From contig CAVXTM010000011.1 in the NCBI GenBank assembly GCA_963764725.1, positions 192,001-256,000 of the forward strand: a DNA stretch of 64,000 nucleotides. Direction: 5' to 3'. The notes under the pieces are model-generated. The model searched no databases. It saw nothing but the letters and a program-made list of their open reading frames with translations, and was not told the origin of the DNA. A program made the translations under genes and the position numbers. The stretch's first letter is position 1. Each line of letters opens with the position of its first letter. Below, piece by piece: positions 51,801 through 60,848 of the stretch. Source of the DNA: an uncultured Gammaproteobacteria bacterium (GTDB taxonomy: Bacteria > Pseudomonadota > Gammaproteobacteria > JACCXJ01).

Positions 51801-53337
51801 TGCTGTCCAGCCCCCAGGACCATTGAACAGTACCGGAGCCGAAAACCAGGGCGCCGCTATTATGGCGGTACAGAGTCAGATGATGCGTCGCCGTCCCCGA
51901 TCCGAAGGTAGACCCGAAGTCCAACAGCACCGGCGCATTCGGGACCACAGCGGTCGACATGTGGAACAGGCCAGCCGGCCGGAATCCGTTATCAATGTCT
52001 TCATCCCACTCGTAGCCCAATGTGCCGAACGGCAATGTGGCCGTGGCCCCTGCCGCGAGGTTTGCGATGCTGGTGTTGCGCCAGAAGCGCATCTTGCCGT
52101 CTTCCGCCGGCACCTGAATGGAGGTCGTGGCTCCGGCGTTTACCGTGAAAAGTGTTCCGGTCATGGCATTTTCCGGACGGCCGCCGTCCGCAGGCGGGCT
52201 GAAACGCGGGTCGCGCCACGTACCGGTCCAGGTGGGCGGATCCTGGGGATCGATCATAGCGTTGGCATGGGTCTCCTTGTAGCACACCAGCGTGCGATAC
52301 GGCGTCCCCGAACCATCGATGCTGTTTTCCCAGCGGGTCTTCCAGAACACCTCGTTTCCGCTGAAAAAACCTAAGTCTACGCCCGCGTTCCGAGCCGCTT
52401 CAACGTTCGTGCGCTGTGCATTAGACCAGTATTCGTCGTGGCCTACCGACAGGAAGAGCTTATGGTTGCGTATCAACGCGCCGCGACGATCGCTGTCGAC
52501 TCCGGTAGAGTAGCTGACGTCGTAACCATTGGCCTCCAGCCACCGGACCATCGGGTATTCGGCGTTGAATACCCAATCCTGGCCGTTATCGACGGCACGG
52601 GTGCTGAACGGCCGATTGTAGCTGACCTTGTAAGCGCGCCCGGCCGGCGATCCGGTATAGAGGCTATTACCGCCGTAATTGTTATATGCCTGCCAGGTCG
52701 TATCCGCGGTCTGGAACAGCACATCCGAGGTACTCGCATCATCGCGCACGATAAAGACGATGTGACTGGCTCCCCCGGTGCTCGTACGCACGGCCCTCGC
52801 AAAGTAGATCCCGGACGTAGCGTTAGCCGGCACGGCCCATGAAGCGGAGACCGCCCAATTACCGCAATCGATGAGTCCTGTGGTCGCATTCGTGAGACAG
52901 TTCGGTTGGTTTTGCGCCAAAGTAACTGAATCTGGCACGGTGGCGACCTTGCGAGCTCCCCTCCCACCGTAGTAGCCCATGCGGTAGATGTCGAGACGGT
53001 AAGCACCGGTCGTATTCGCATCGATCTTGAAGAACACGGTCTGGCCTCGATTGACACTGATCTCAGTAGCAAAACCCTGGATATTCGGATCACCGACACC
53101 GCTGATGTCCCACTCGCTCGACAGGTTGCCAACCTGGCAGTTTTCGGCCTCGATCGGGTTTGCCGGGACTGCACAACTCGCTGCTACCCGTGGTCCATAG
53201 GTACTCAGCAAGGAAGCGCAGAACAGCATTGCAAGATGGGCAAATCTACGGGGCATTTTGTTCTCCATTTCGTGCTCCAATCCTATCGCCGGTCTTAGGC
53301 GTTGTTGTTTTTCCATAAGCGCTTGCAGTCCTACCAC
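48808..53337 (-). CDS. Large secreted modular protein: dimethylformamidase-beta-like domain, Ig-like, LamG, FN3, SbsA-type Ig, DUF4082, Big_2, C-terminal jelly-roll
   Basis: Signal peptide after MPRRF; IYRMGYYGG, TWQAYNNYGGNSLY, GHDEYWS; LamG DEVRIY; VELGVKFRSD...NYWVDVVF (DUF4082). True start likely 53268 or 53256. Confidence 0.85.
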   Translation of the reverse strand: MVGLQALMEKQQRLRPAIGLEHEMENKMPRRFAHLAMLFCASLLSTYGPRVAASCAVPANPIEAENCQVGNLSSEWDISGVGDPNIQGFATEISVNRGQTVFFKIDANTTGAYRLDIYRMGYYGGRGARKVATVPDSVTLAQNQPNCLTNATTGLIDCGNWAVSASWAVPANATSGIYFARAVRTSTGGASHIVFIVRDDASTSDVLFQTADTTWQAYNNYGGNSLYTGSPAGRAYKVSYNRPFSTRAVDNGQDWVFNAEYPMVRWLEANGYDVSYSTGVDSDRRGALIRNHKLFLSVGHDEYWSNAQRTNVEAARNAGVDLGFFSGNEVFWKTRWENSIDGSGTPYRTLVCYKETHANAMIDPQDPPTWTGTWRDPRFSPPADGGRPENAMTGTLFTVNAGATTSIQVPAEDGKMRFWRNTSIANLAAGATATLPFGTLGYEWDEDIDNGFRPAGLFHMSTAVVPNAPVLLDFGSTFGSGTATHHLTLYRHNSGALVFGSGTVQWSWGLDSNHDRGNTAADVRMRQATLNLFADMGVQPATRQSDLVPATASSDTTAPSSAISSPTSGSNLPAGSPTTISGTAADAGGGVVGGVEVSVDSGSTWFPANGRSNWSFTWLPSASGNVTIRSRAVDDSGNLGTPGAGVNVTVGGGGGGSGQLVAAYAFAEGSGTSASDATGNGHTGTISGATWSTSGRFNNALSFDGTNDWVTVADGATLDFTTTMTLEAWVNPSALSGWQTVIMKERPGGLAYTLYAHDNAPRPSAYINTGSGDAQAIGATGLPLNTWTHLAVTYDGTTLRLFVNGAQAGSQAAGGSIISSTSPLRVGGNSIWGEYFAGLIDEVRIYSRVLTAAEIQTDMNTPVGAPPPPDTMPPTDPTNFTATAVGTTQINLTWTAATDNVGVTGYEVERCQGTGCANFVRIGTPTGTAFSDTGLTAGTIYRYRVRAADAVPNFSGYSNTASATTQTTDTTAPTVTLTSPGNGTTGVSTGTTVTATFSEAMDQLTITGSTFELRDSVNALVPATVSYNANTATLTPTSALAASTAYTATVKGGATDPRVKDVAGNALAANHTWSFTTATAATCTGNTIWPATAVPAVAADPDTSAVELGVKFRSDVNGTACGVRFYKGSTNTGTHVGKLWSSGGTLLAQATFTNETASGWQQVNFSSPVAITANTVYVVSYHAPNGHYALNEGGFTTTGVDTPPLHALQNGVSGGNGVYLYGAGGFPTNTFASSNYWVDVVFIPGTAPTLASIAVTPANPTIQTSATQQFTATGTYSDSSTQNITTQVTWASSNTAVATINSAGLATAGTGAGTTTISATSGAVSGNTTLTVQPAPPITSTGFLAPSANAAVSGGDNNGFQTAPTNAYIADDQFAIDTNSGTNTNTSCTNAGKDKHNYFNYNFNVPGGASIRGIEVRLHARVDSTANAPRMCVQLSSDGGTTWTTALSTTNLTTTNVVYTLGGATNTWGRTWTAGDFSNANFRVRIIDVASSTARDFSLDSVAVQVTYQ
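49339..50112. repeat. 774 bp near-perfect duplication, copy 1 (DUF4082 + Big_2 cassette)
   Basis: Matches 54150-54923 (offset 4811); one synonymous difference seen. Confidence 0.92.
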
Positions 53338-53618
53338 AGGCGCTATCGATGCCTAGTCGTCGTCTCCGTCAGCCACTCCGCTTAACGGAAGCCGAAGTCA
53401 TTAACGTAGGCGGTGGCGTCGAGGCTACTGACCACCATCTGCACCTCTACGCTTCGGTCATTCTGTTGTGCCGTACTACGGCACCTCTCCTTGTGCGGAA
53501 ACATGACGCTATTCCCTTTCTCCGAAATATAAAGCCCTCTGCTAGGGCGCGCACCGAAGGCAGCGGACAATGCTCCAAGCGGCGCGCTGTGCGTACCTGG
53601 TCACCACTCACACCTTCC

Positions 53619-56600
53619 TTACTGATAGGTCACTCGAACCGCTACTCTGTCCAACGAAAAGTCGCGGTCTATAGAGGAAGCCACGTTGATGATGCGAACC
53701 CTGAAATTGGCGTTGGAAAAATCACCCACAGTCCAGGTTCGCCCCCAAGTATTCGTCGCACTACCCAGGAAATATGCAAGCGTCGTCGTAGTCAGGGTTG
53801 TCGTACTCAAGGCAGTCGTCCACGTTGTGCCGCCATTCCAGGAGAGCTGCGCGCACATCCTCGGCGCGCCCGCAGCGCTGTCGACCCTTGCGGCCAGGCG
53901 GACTTCGATACCCCGGATGGCTACGCCACTCGGCACAATGAAGTCGTAGTTGTAGTAGTTGTGCTTGTCCTTGCCCGCGCCGGTACAAGACGTGCCTGTG
54001 CCCGTGCCACTATCGGTGTCGATAGCAAACTGGCTATCCTCGACATAGGCGTTAGCAGGAGCGGCGAACCCGTTGTTGTCGCCGGCACTGCTCGTAACCG
54101 CTGCGTTGGCACTCGGGGACCGGAAGCCGGTATTGATCGGGGGAGCGGTCTGCACGGTCAGCGTAGTGTTCCCCGAGACGGCGCCCGAGGTCGCCGAGAT
54201 AGTCGTGGTGCCAGCGCCCGTGCCCGCCGTTGCCAATCCCGCGCTATTGATGGTGGCCACCGCCGTGTTCGACGAGGCCCAGGTTACCTGAGTAGTTATG
54301 TTCTGGGTGCTGCTGTCGGAGTAAGTGCCTGTGGCCGTAAACTGCTGCGTTGCCGACGTTTGGATCGTCGGATTTGCGGGCGTCACCGCAATCGACGCGA
54401 GTGTCGGGGCGGTCCCTGGAATGAATACCACGTCCACCCAGTAATTGCTGGAGGCGAAGGTGTTGGTCGGGAATCCCCCCGCCCCGTACAGGTACACCCC
54501 GTTGCCCCCACTCACGCCGTTCTGCAGCGCATGCAGCGGGGGGGTGTCGACACCGGTGGTGGTGAAGCCCCCTTCATTGAGCGCGTAGTGCCCGTTAGGG
54601 GCGTGGTACGAAACCACATAGACCGTGTTGGCCGTGATCGCCACCGGGCTCGAGAAGTTCACCTGCTGCCAGCCCGAGGCGGTCTCGTTCGTAAAGGTCG
54701 CCTGCGCTAGCAATGTCCCACCGCTGCTCCATAACTTACCTACATGCGTGCCGGTGTTCGTACTGCCCTTGTAGAACCGCACCCCGCACGCCGTGCCGTT
54801 GACATCCGAGCGGAACTTGACCCCCAACTCCACCGCCGAGGTGTCCGGATCTGCAGCCACCGCCGGAACCGCCGTCGCCGGCCAGATCGTGTTGCCGGTA
54901 CAGGTGGCGGCGGTCGCGGTAGTCGCCGTCGCTATGTTCGAGTAGCCGCTGAAATTAGGCACCGCGTCGGCCGCACGCACTCGATACCGATAGGTCGTGC
55001 CCGGCGTCAGCCCACTGTCCGGATGGCTCGTACCGGCCGGGGTCGCCACTTCGACAAAATTGGTACATCCCGCACCTTGACACCGCTCTACTCGATAACC
55101 ACTGACTCCCACGTTATCGGTTGAGCCCGTCCACGTCAGATCGATCTGCGAGGTCCCTACCGCCGTCGCACTGAGATTGGTCGGATCCGTCGGAGGTGTG
55201 GTGTCCGGAGGGGTCCCACCGCTGGTCGTGAATACCACATCCACCCAATAGTTAGTGGCATTGAACGTGTTGGTCGGGAAACCACCCGCCCCATAGACGT
55301 ACACACCGTTACCCCCGCTCTCCCCGTCTCTCAGGAAATACAAGGGGCCGTTCTGAAAACCGCTGCTCGCGAAATAGTTACTGTCAAAAGCGTAACCTCC
55401 GTTCGGAGCATGGTACGAAGCGACGTAAACCGTATTGGGCGTGATCGCCACCGGCGCGCCGAAGCTCACCTGCTGCCAACCCGAGGCGGTTTCGCTGCTG
55501 AAGGTCGCCGTCGCTAGCTGTGTCCCGGACGCTGTCCACAATTTACCGATATGCGTACCGGTGTTACCGCTGCCCTTATAAAACCGGATGCCGGTGATGA
55601 AACCGCCCAAATCTGACCGGAACTTGACGCCGAGCTCGACGGCATTGGGATCGGACGCCGATGGATTCGCCGGCGTCGAACTGCTAAAGCCGCTACAGGG
55701 GCTAGTAGAGCAAGGTGCCGCTTCGGTCGTGAAAGACCAGGTAAAGTCAGAGACCATCGCATTCCCGCCAGCATCTTTCACTCCTGCCGCTTCACCTTTC
55801 ACGGTAGCCGTATAGATCGTTGACGCTAGTAAATTAGAGCTCGGGTCCAAGGTCGCAATACGAGATGCGCCGTTGTACGTTACCGTAGCGGCAACTAAGG
55901 TGCTTCCGGGTCCGCGTAACTCGAACGTACCGGTTCCGACTGTTCCAGAGTTCATGTCCTCGCTAAAGGTAGCGGTAACGGAATCTGCCTGGCTAACGCC
56001 GCTGGCACCGGCACTCGGAGAATGAGACACCACCGTGGGGGGCGTCGTATCTTGCGCGAAGCTTGCCGCGTAGGCCCCCGACAACGCGGAAACCACCGCA
56101 TAGCTCACGCCCTTGATGACCTCGGTCGTGAACGTAATTGAGCTGCCGTTACGCGTGATTCCTGTGAGAACGCCGGCGGTCAACACGCGAGGCACCAACG
56201 CTTGCAGCCCATTGGCCGCACTGTCCTGGGCGACGCTAAAGCTCAGGGTGTTCCCGCTCCAGGCGAACGTTCCGAACGAGGAGTTGTTGCGGCCATCCAG
56301 CCATGCCAGCATCTGCCGGCTCGACACGATTGGTACACCACGGGTGAGTGCCGAGGCGACCACCGCGTCCGCTACCGGCGATGTATTTAAGTCCGTATGC
56401 GCATTGACGGTATAGGCCCCATAGTAGCCTTCCGGACCCAGCGCCCGGTCCAATAGCGTATCGATCGTAAACGGATATTGCTGGTCCGACTCGTCCGTCA
56501 TCTGCGTGGTGGCATTGTAGACATCGACCAAGGTACCGTTGAGCTGGGCGAACCGCATGGGCATAGCCGAGCCGGTGAACAACCCCGGGCGGTTGAGGAC

Positions 56601-59600
56601 CCAGCCCGGAGGCCAAAAATAATAGTTCGTGTCGAGGCGGATCCCATGATTGAACTGAACGATCGCCCCGGTTACCCAGTCGCTCCACATGATACAGTGG
56701 TGGCGCTGCGTTATCGGCGGAGGAATACTTGGGTAATTACTAGTCCAGTCACTGATTTGTTGGGTATAATCATTCTCAAGCGATGCAGGTGTATAGTTGG
56801 TCGGGCAGTTGGCATTAATGTGCAGACCCACTTCAAAGCCGGCCGCGTTGAAGCCCGCCGCTTCTGCATTAGTCAAGGTCGGCGTATTCGGATATACATA
56901 CGAGGTGCCCCTTACACACTCCCAGTTGGCCACGGAGCAACCGGGCGGGCTTAACGAAATAAACTGATTGAATCGACCTTCGGTCCCCCCATTGCCGTGA
57001 TCGTCACCGGTCATGATGACCACCGCCTTCTCACCACGGGGGAAATACCAAAATCGCGGCAAGGGCTTCCGATCCAGATTCATGTGCAGGATCAGGTTTG
57101 CAAGCAGCCGCTGTTGCTCGTCCGCCTGCGGAATAGCGACCTTGTTCAGGTCTACCCAGTCCGGCTGCGGATCTCCATTGGCGTCACCGAAGAACTTGTC
57201 GTCCGAGCGGATAGGGTCGCTTCCGTCGCGTTCCTGCGCTGCCCACGCGGGGTTGCCCTGCCGCGTGTACACGATGGATGTTGCTAGATCATACGTGAAA
57301 GCCGCCGCCTGGCCGCCATTCGCCCCGATGCTACGCATCGTTACCGCAGGATTCGAGGTGGTTGTCGTCGCGTTAACATAGAGCGTCGCAAGGCTTGAGG
57401 CGCTGTTCAGCGTGTACCGATCCGCCGTACCGTGGAACTGGATGGTCTGGCCGACGATTCCGCTGCCGGGCGATTGGCTCGTATCGACAAGGAGGTAAGC
57501 ATTGGACAATGTAGCGCCTGCAGGGGAGATACCGAGCAGGCCCGAGAGCTGCGGATCGGGTCGCATCGCAATCAAATTGCCACCCGCGTTCACCCAGTCA
57601 GTGAACATCCCCACTTGAGCGACCGAAAGGGGCAAGGGCGCCAGGATGACCGCGTCGTAGCTTGCTAGGGTCGCGGCATTCACTGATGAGATATCGCTCA
57701 CGGAGAATAAATTGAGCCCCTCACTGCGCAGTATCTCCGCGTAGTACTTTCCGAAGGTGGAAGAGGCACCGGTGACAACCAATATGGGCCCGCCCGGTCC
57801 CTGGTTCGGATCGGGCAACTGCGCAGCAGCGCCAGGCACCAACCACTCTAAAACCGCGCCAAAGACCCCTTGCAACGAGAGAGTAGCGTTTCGCCTGGTG
57901 TCTGAATAGGTGCCCCGGCTAGAATCGGAGGGAATGAACAAGCCCAGAGTTTGTGATGCAGCGGAGGGTGCGGCTGAGGAGGACCTATTCTGTTGCAGAC
58001 GTTTAAGCGCTCTTCTTACCCTCAGCTTCTTGCCGGCGGAAACGTCCCACTCCGTAAGATCCTCATCCTCATCTCCCACAAATAAGCGGCCAGTCGGATC
58101 GAATGCAAGCGCATTGATGAATCGGTTGTGTCTCGGAAGGTCCCTACGCAGTTGGCCGCTTGCTACATCCCAGACCAGGATGCGCATGTCTTCTCCCGCA
58201 CTCACCACCGTCTGCCCATTGGGACTGATGGCGACCGCCCTAACGGGCGCCTGATGTCCTAGAAGACTTCGGATCTGTTGTCCGGTCGCTGCATTCCATA
58301 CCTTTACCTGAGTATCTTCGCCGGCACTCACGAGGACACTACCGTTTCGGCTAAAAGCGAGCGCATTCACCTCCTCCGAGTGGCCAAGGAGGGTCTTTAC
58401 AAGCTTGCCCGTCACCATATCCCACAGCAGCACACGGGCATCTGCATCACCGCTGGCCAATTGCTTTCCATCCCCGCTAAAAGCGAGGCTATTGACGAAA
58501 TTGGTATGCCCCAACAGGATCCCAGTTAGTTTTTCGGTAGCCGCGTCCCACAACAGGATCCTGGTGTCTTCGCCCGCGGCTGCGAGGATCTTGCCGTCCG
58601 GACTAGCGGCAATCGTTCTGATGGGATGCTCAGAACCTTGCAACACCTTGCTCTGTGTACCAGTTGTGACGTCCCAGAGCTGGACTTCCGTGTCCCGGCC
58701 GGCACTCACTAAACGGGTTCCACCTGCACCGAAAGCAATCCCAGTGACCCCGGCACCATGATGTGCGGCCAGCGCAAACCGTTCTGATCCGGTGGCATCC
58801 CATAGGCGAACCGCACTGTCTTCTCCGGCACTACCTACAAGCGCCCCGTCCGGGCTTACAGCGAGGGCGGTGATACCTTTCCAATTGCGTGCCCGGGCTC
58901 TCTTACGAGTGCCCCGTAGAGCCAAGTCAGCGACAGCGCGTGTCTGGCTTGCGCTGCTTTGATTTTGGAGTCCTGGATCAATAACAGGGGCCACTTCGGC
59001 AGCAGATGAACTGTTGACGGTATTAAGAGTTTTGCTACTGAAATCGGTAGTCTGGAAAGCCAACGGGTCGGATCCAAAACCCGAAATTTGGTGGGCAATC
59101 CGTTCCACCCCGCCTGCGAGGTCCCAGACTATAACCTGCCCATCGTTACTTACGCTCGCTAAAACTTGTCGATTGGGATTAAAAGCAATCTCGGCAACTA
59201 TGTCCTTATGCCCGACAAAGCGTTGGCGTAGCTTGCCACTTGCCACCTCCCATAATAGGATCTCGCTGTTATCACTCACTCCGGCTAACGTCCTACCGTC
59301 CGGGCTGAATGCAAAACCATGCAAAGCGGCATCGCCCCGGCTCAAGAGGGATAAGCGTTCTTCGCCAGATGTTACATCCAAGAGCTTGACTCGTGCGTCG
59401 ATTCCGCCAGTTGCGAGAATGGTCCCGTCGGGGCTAAAAGCAAGTCCGTTAATGGGGGCACGCTGACCGGTTAGAATTTGTTTATCATCACCGGACTCTA
59501 AGTCCCACACGCTGACGTTAGCCTCCTGGTCTACGCTGGCCAGTGTCATACTAACTGGACTAAACGCAAAACCGGTTACTGCGGTACGGCTAGTAAGAGT

Positions 59601-60293
59601 TACGAGTTCTTGACCTGATGTTGGATCCCATAGCCTGATTCTCTCGTCCTCACCACTACTGGCTAAGATAGTCGCATCCCGGGCAAAGGCGATTCGACTG
59701 ACGGCGTCGCCGCTAGACAATGTCCATCGCTGCGAGCGTGACTTTACATCCCAAATCAAAATCTGTTTGCCATCGGCAACACCGGCCAGGGATTCGCCAT
59801 CAGGGCTAAAGAGGAGGTGAGTAACGATACCGTTAGAGGCACCGCTTAGAATCCCGCGTACCTGTCCGGACGGCATGTCCCACAGTGTGATCGTATCTTC
59901 AAGCACGCAAGCCAGGGTTTTGCCATCTGGGCTAAACGCAAGGTCCGCAACGACCGAACCAAGCGGACCCGGTCCAATCAAACGTTGCTTACCCGACAGC
60001 AAATTCAGCAAAACGATTTGCCCATCATCTGTCGCGCTTGCTAAGGAATTACCATCAGGGCTAAACGCAAAGCGGTCGTGATTCGACCGCGTCACGCTTG
60101 TTGACGATACTGGAAGGATTGTGTTGGGATTTGCCGAGGCAACGTTGACTTCGGATACGAGTGCTAAAACGTAAATTAGCACCACTGTAAACACGAACAC
60201 CGTACCCGTGAGGCTAATTAGCCGGACTATGTGATTCCTTGTCATTTTCTTGTTCCTCCTAGGAAGCGGAATGTGTCCATAGTTTTGCGACAC
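53619..60293 (-). CDS. Giant secreted/anchored protein: two WD40 propellers, GATase-like + deacetylase-like barrel, Ig, DUF4082, FN3, DUF4082, Big_2, C-terminal jelly-roll
   Basis: N-terminal hydrophobic segment; ~14 FSPDG...LWD repeats; MTGDDH, EVGLH, QRHHC, DTNY; two VELGVKFRSD domains. SD AGGAGG favours ATG 60245. Confidence 0.85.
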   Translation of the reverse strand: MSQNYGHIPLPRRNKKMTRNHIVRLISLTGTVFVFTVVLIYVLALVSEVNVASANPNTILPVSSTSVTRSNHDRFAFSPDGNSLASATDDGQIVLLNLLSGKQRLIGPGPLGSVVADLAFSPDGKTLACVLEDTITLWDMPSGQVRGILSGASNGIVTHLLFSPDGESLAGVADGKQILIWDVKSRSQRWTLSSGDAVSRIAFARDATILASSGEDERIRLWDPTSGQELVTLTSRTAVTGFAFSPVSMTLASVDQEANVSVWDLESGDDKQILTGQRAPINGLAFSPDGTILATGGIDARVKLLDVTSGEERLSLLSRGDAALHGFAFSPDGRTLAGVSDNSEILLWEVASGKLRQRFVGHKDIVAEIAFNPNRQVLASVSNDGQVIVWDLAGGVERIAHQISGFGSDPLAFQTTDFSSKTLNTVNSSSAAEVAPVIDPGLQNQSSASQTRAVADLALRGTRKRARARNWKGITALAVSPDGALVGSAGEDSAVRLWDATGSERFALAAHHGAGVTGIAFGAGGTRLVSAGRDTEVQLWDVTTGTQSKVLQGSEHPIRTIAASPDGKILAAAGEDTRILLWDAATEKLTGILLGHTNFVNSLAFSGDGKQLASGDADARVLLWDMVTGKLVKTLLGHSEEVNALAFSRNGSVLVSAGEDTQVKVWNAATGQQIRSLLGHQAPVRAVAISPNGQTVVSAGEDMRILVWDVASGQLRRDLPRHNRFINALAFDPTGRLFVGDEDEDLTEWDVSAGKKLRVRRALKRLQQNRSSSAAPSAASQTLGLFIPSDSSRGTYSDTRRNATLSLQGVFGAVLEWLVPGAAAQLPDPNQGPGGPILVVTGASSTFGKYYAEILRSEGLNLFSVSDISSVNAATLASYDAVILAPLPLSVAQVGMFTDWVNAGGNLIAMRPDPQLSGLLGISPAGATLSNAYLLVDTSQSPGSGIVGQTIQFHGTADRYTLNSASSLATLYVNATTTTSNPAVTMRSIGANGGQAAAFTYDLATSIVYTRQGNPAWAAQERDGSDPIRSDDKFFGDANGDPQPDWVDLNKVAIPQADEQQRLLANLILHMNLDRKPLPRFWYFPRGEKAVVIMTGDDHGNGGTEGRFNQFISLSPPGCSVANWECVRGTSYVYPNTPTLTNAEAAGFNAAGFEVGLHINANCPTNYTPASLENDYTQQISDWTSNYPSIPPPITQRHHCIMWSDWVTGAIVQFNHGIRLDTNYYFWPPGWVLNRPGLFTGSAMPMRFAQLNGTLVDVYNATTQMTDESDQQYPFTIDTLLDRALGPEGYYGAYTVNAHTDLNTSPVADAVVASALTRGVPIVSSRQMLAWLDGRNNSSFGTFAWSGNTLSFSVAQDSAANGLQALVPRVLTAGVLTGITRNGSSITFTTEVIKGVSYAVVSALSGAYAASFAQDTTPPTVVSHSPSAGASGVSQADSVTATFSEDMNSGTVGTGTFELRGPGSTLVAATVTYNGASRIATLDPSSNLLASTIYTATVKGEAAGVKDAGGNAMVSDFTWSFTTEAAPCSTSPCSGFSSSTPANPSASDPNAVELGVKFRSDLGGFITGIRFYKGSGNTGTHIGKLWTASGTQLATATFSSETASGWQQVSFGAPVAITPNTVYVASYHAPNGGYAFDSNYFASSGFQNGPLYFLRDGESGGNGVYVYGAGGFPTNTFNATNYWVDVVFTTSGGTPPDTTPPTDPTNLSATAVGTSQIDLTWTGSTDNVGVSGYRVERCQGAGCTNFVEVATPAGTSHPDSGLTPGTTYRYRVRAADAVPNFSGYSNIATATTATAATCTGNTIWPATAVPAVAADPDTSAVELGVKFRSDVNGTACGVRFYKGSTNTGTHVGKLWSSGGTLLAQATFTNETASGWQQVNFSSPVAITANTVYVVSYHAPNGHYALNEGGFTTTGVDTPPLHALQNGVSGGNGVYLYGAGGFPTNTFASSNYWVDVVFIPGTAPTLASIAVTPANPTIQTSATQQFTATGTYSDSSTQNITTQVTWASSNTAVATINSAGLATAGTGAGTTTISATSGAVSGNTTLTVQTAPPINTGFRSPSANAAVTSSAGDNNGFAAPANAYVEDSQFAIDTDSGTGTGTSCTGAGKDKHNYYNYDFIVPSGVAIRGIEVRLAARVDSAAGAPRMCAQLSWNGGTTWTTALSTTTLTTTTLAYFLGSATNTWGRTWTVGDFSNANFRVRIINVASSIDRDFSLDRVAVRVTYQ
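54150..54923. repeat. 774 bp near-perfect duplication, copy 2
   Basis: Partner of 49339-50112. Confidence 0.92.
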
Positions 60294-60723
60294 CCTTCTG
60301 CTAAATTTAGAGAGCTGATCATTAGGTTGGAAGTTTATTTTGAGGCGGATTGATCCAGACTGCTTCTGGCGGGTGCGGCGCCTTGGGTGGTTTTCTCACA
60401 AAACGCTCCGGATGCGCCGCGTATGCTGCCAATAGCACTGCGCGCCGCGCCCGGATTAGAAACTGTCCTAGTGGCCGCTCAGCGGGAATCTCAGCTTAAT
60501 AGAGACAAATGGAGCATTGCCTCATTATGCGGAGATGCACCCGCAAGCATTGCGTGCTAGCGACAGTTAAAGGTCAACGGGAAAAATTTCTACCGTATGC
60601 CTGCCAGGCCGGGAGGATTAATCAAACGGCGTGCTAAGGAACCTAACCGTCTCTCAAAGCTGCCGGGCGAGACTCGATTGAAAGCAAAACCGTGAACGAT
60701 TTTGAACGAATTCGGTGCGAAAC

Positions 60724-60735
60724 AACGCTACCGCC
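60724..60735 (-). promoter_or_regulatory. ops element (RfaH loading site)
   Basis: GGCGGTAGCGTT, intergenic, 114 nt after the rfaH stop, preceded by two hairpins. Confidence 0.8.
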
Positions 60736-60848
60736 CTACAAAACGCCTCCGTGTTTCGTATAGCAGGTCCTTCTATAGGTTGTCGACGCTTCTTAGCTAC
60801 TCCGTCGACGGTTGAGGCGGAAAGAAAACGCCTCAGGTACACCTTAAA

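Noticed and set aside
53349-54710. 453 aa plus-strand ORF and similar long antisense ORFs (31687-32382, 35125-35916, 39719-40321, 51796-52374)
   Set aside because: Shadow frames of GC-rich minus-strand genes; Arg-rich with no recognisable motifs.
49339-54923. Near-identical repeats as a diversity-generating retroelement TR/VR pair (also 8783-14454)
   Set aside because: No reverse transcriptase in the window, both copies are coding, the tracts are far longer than TR/VR, and the few mismatches are not adenine-specific.
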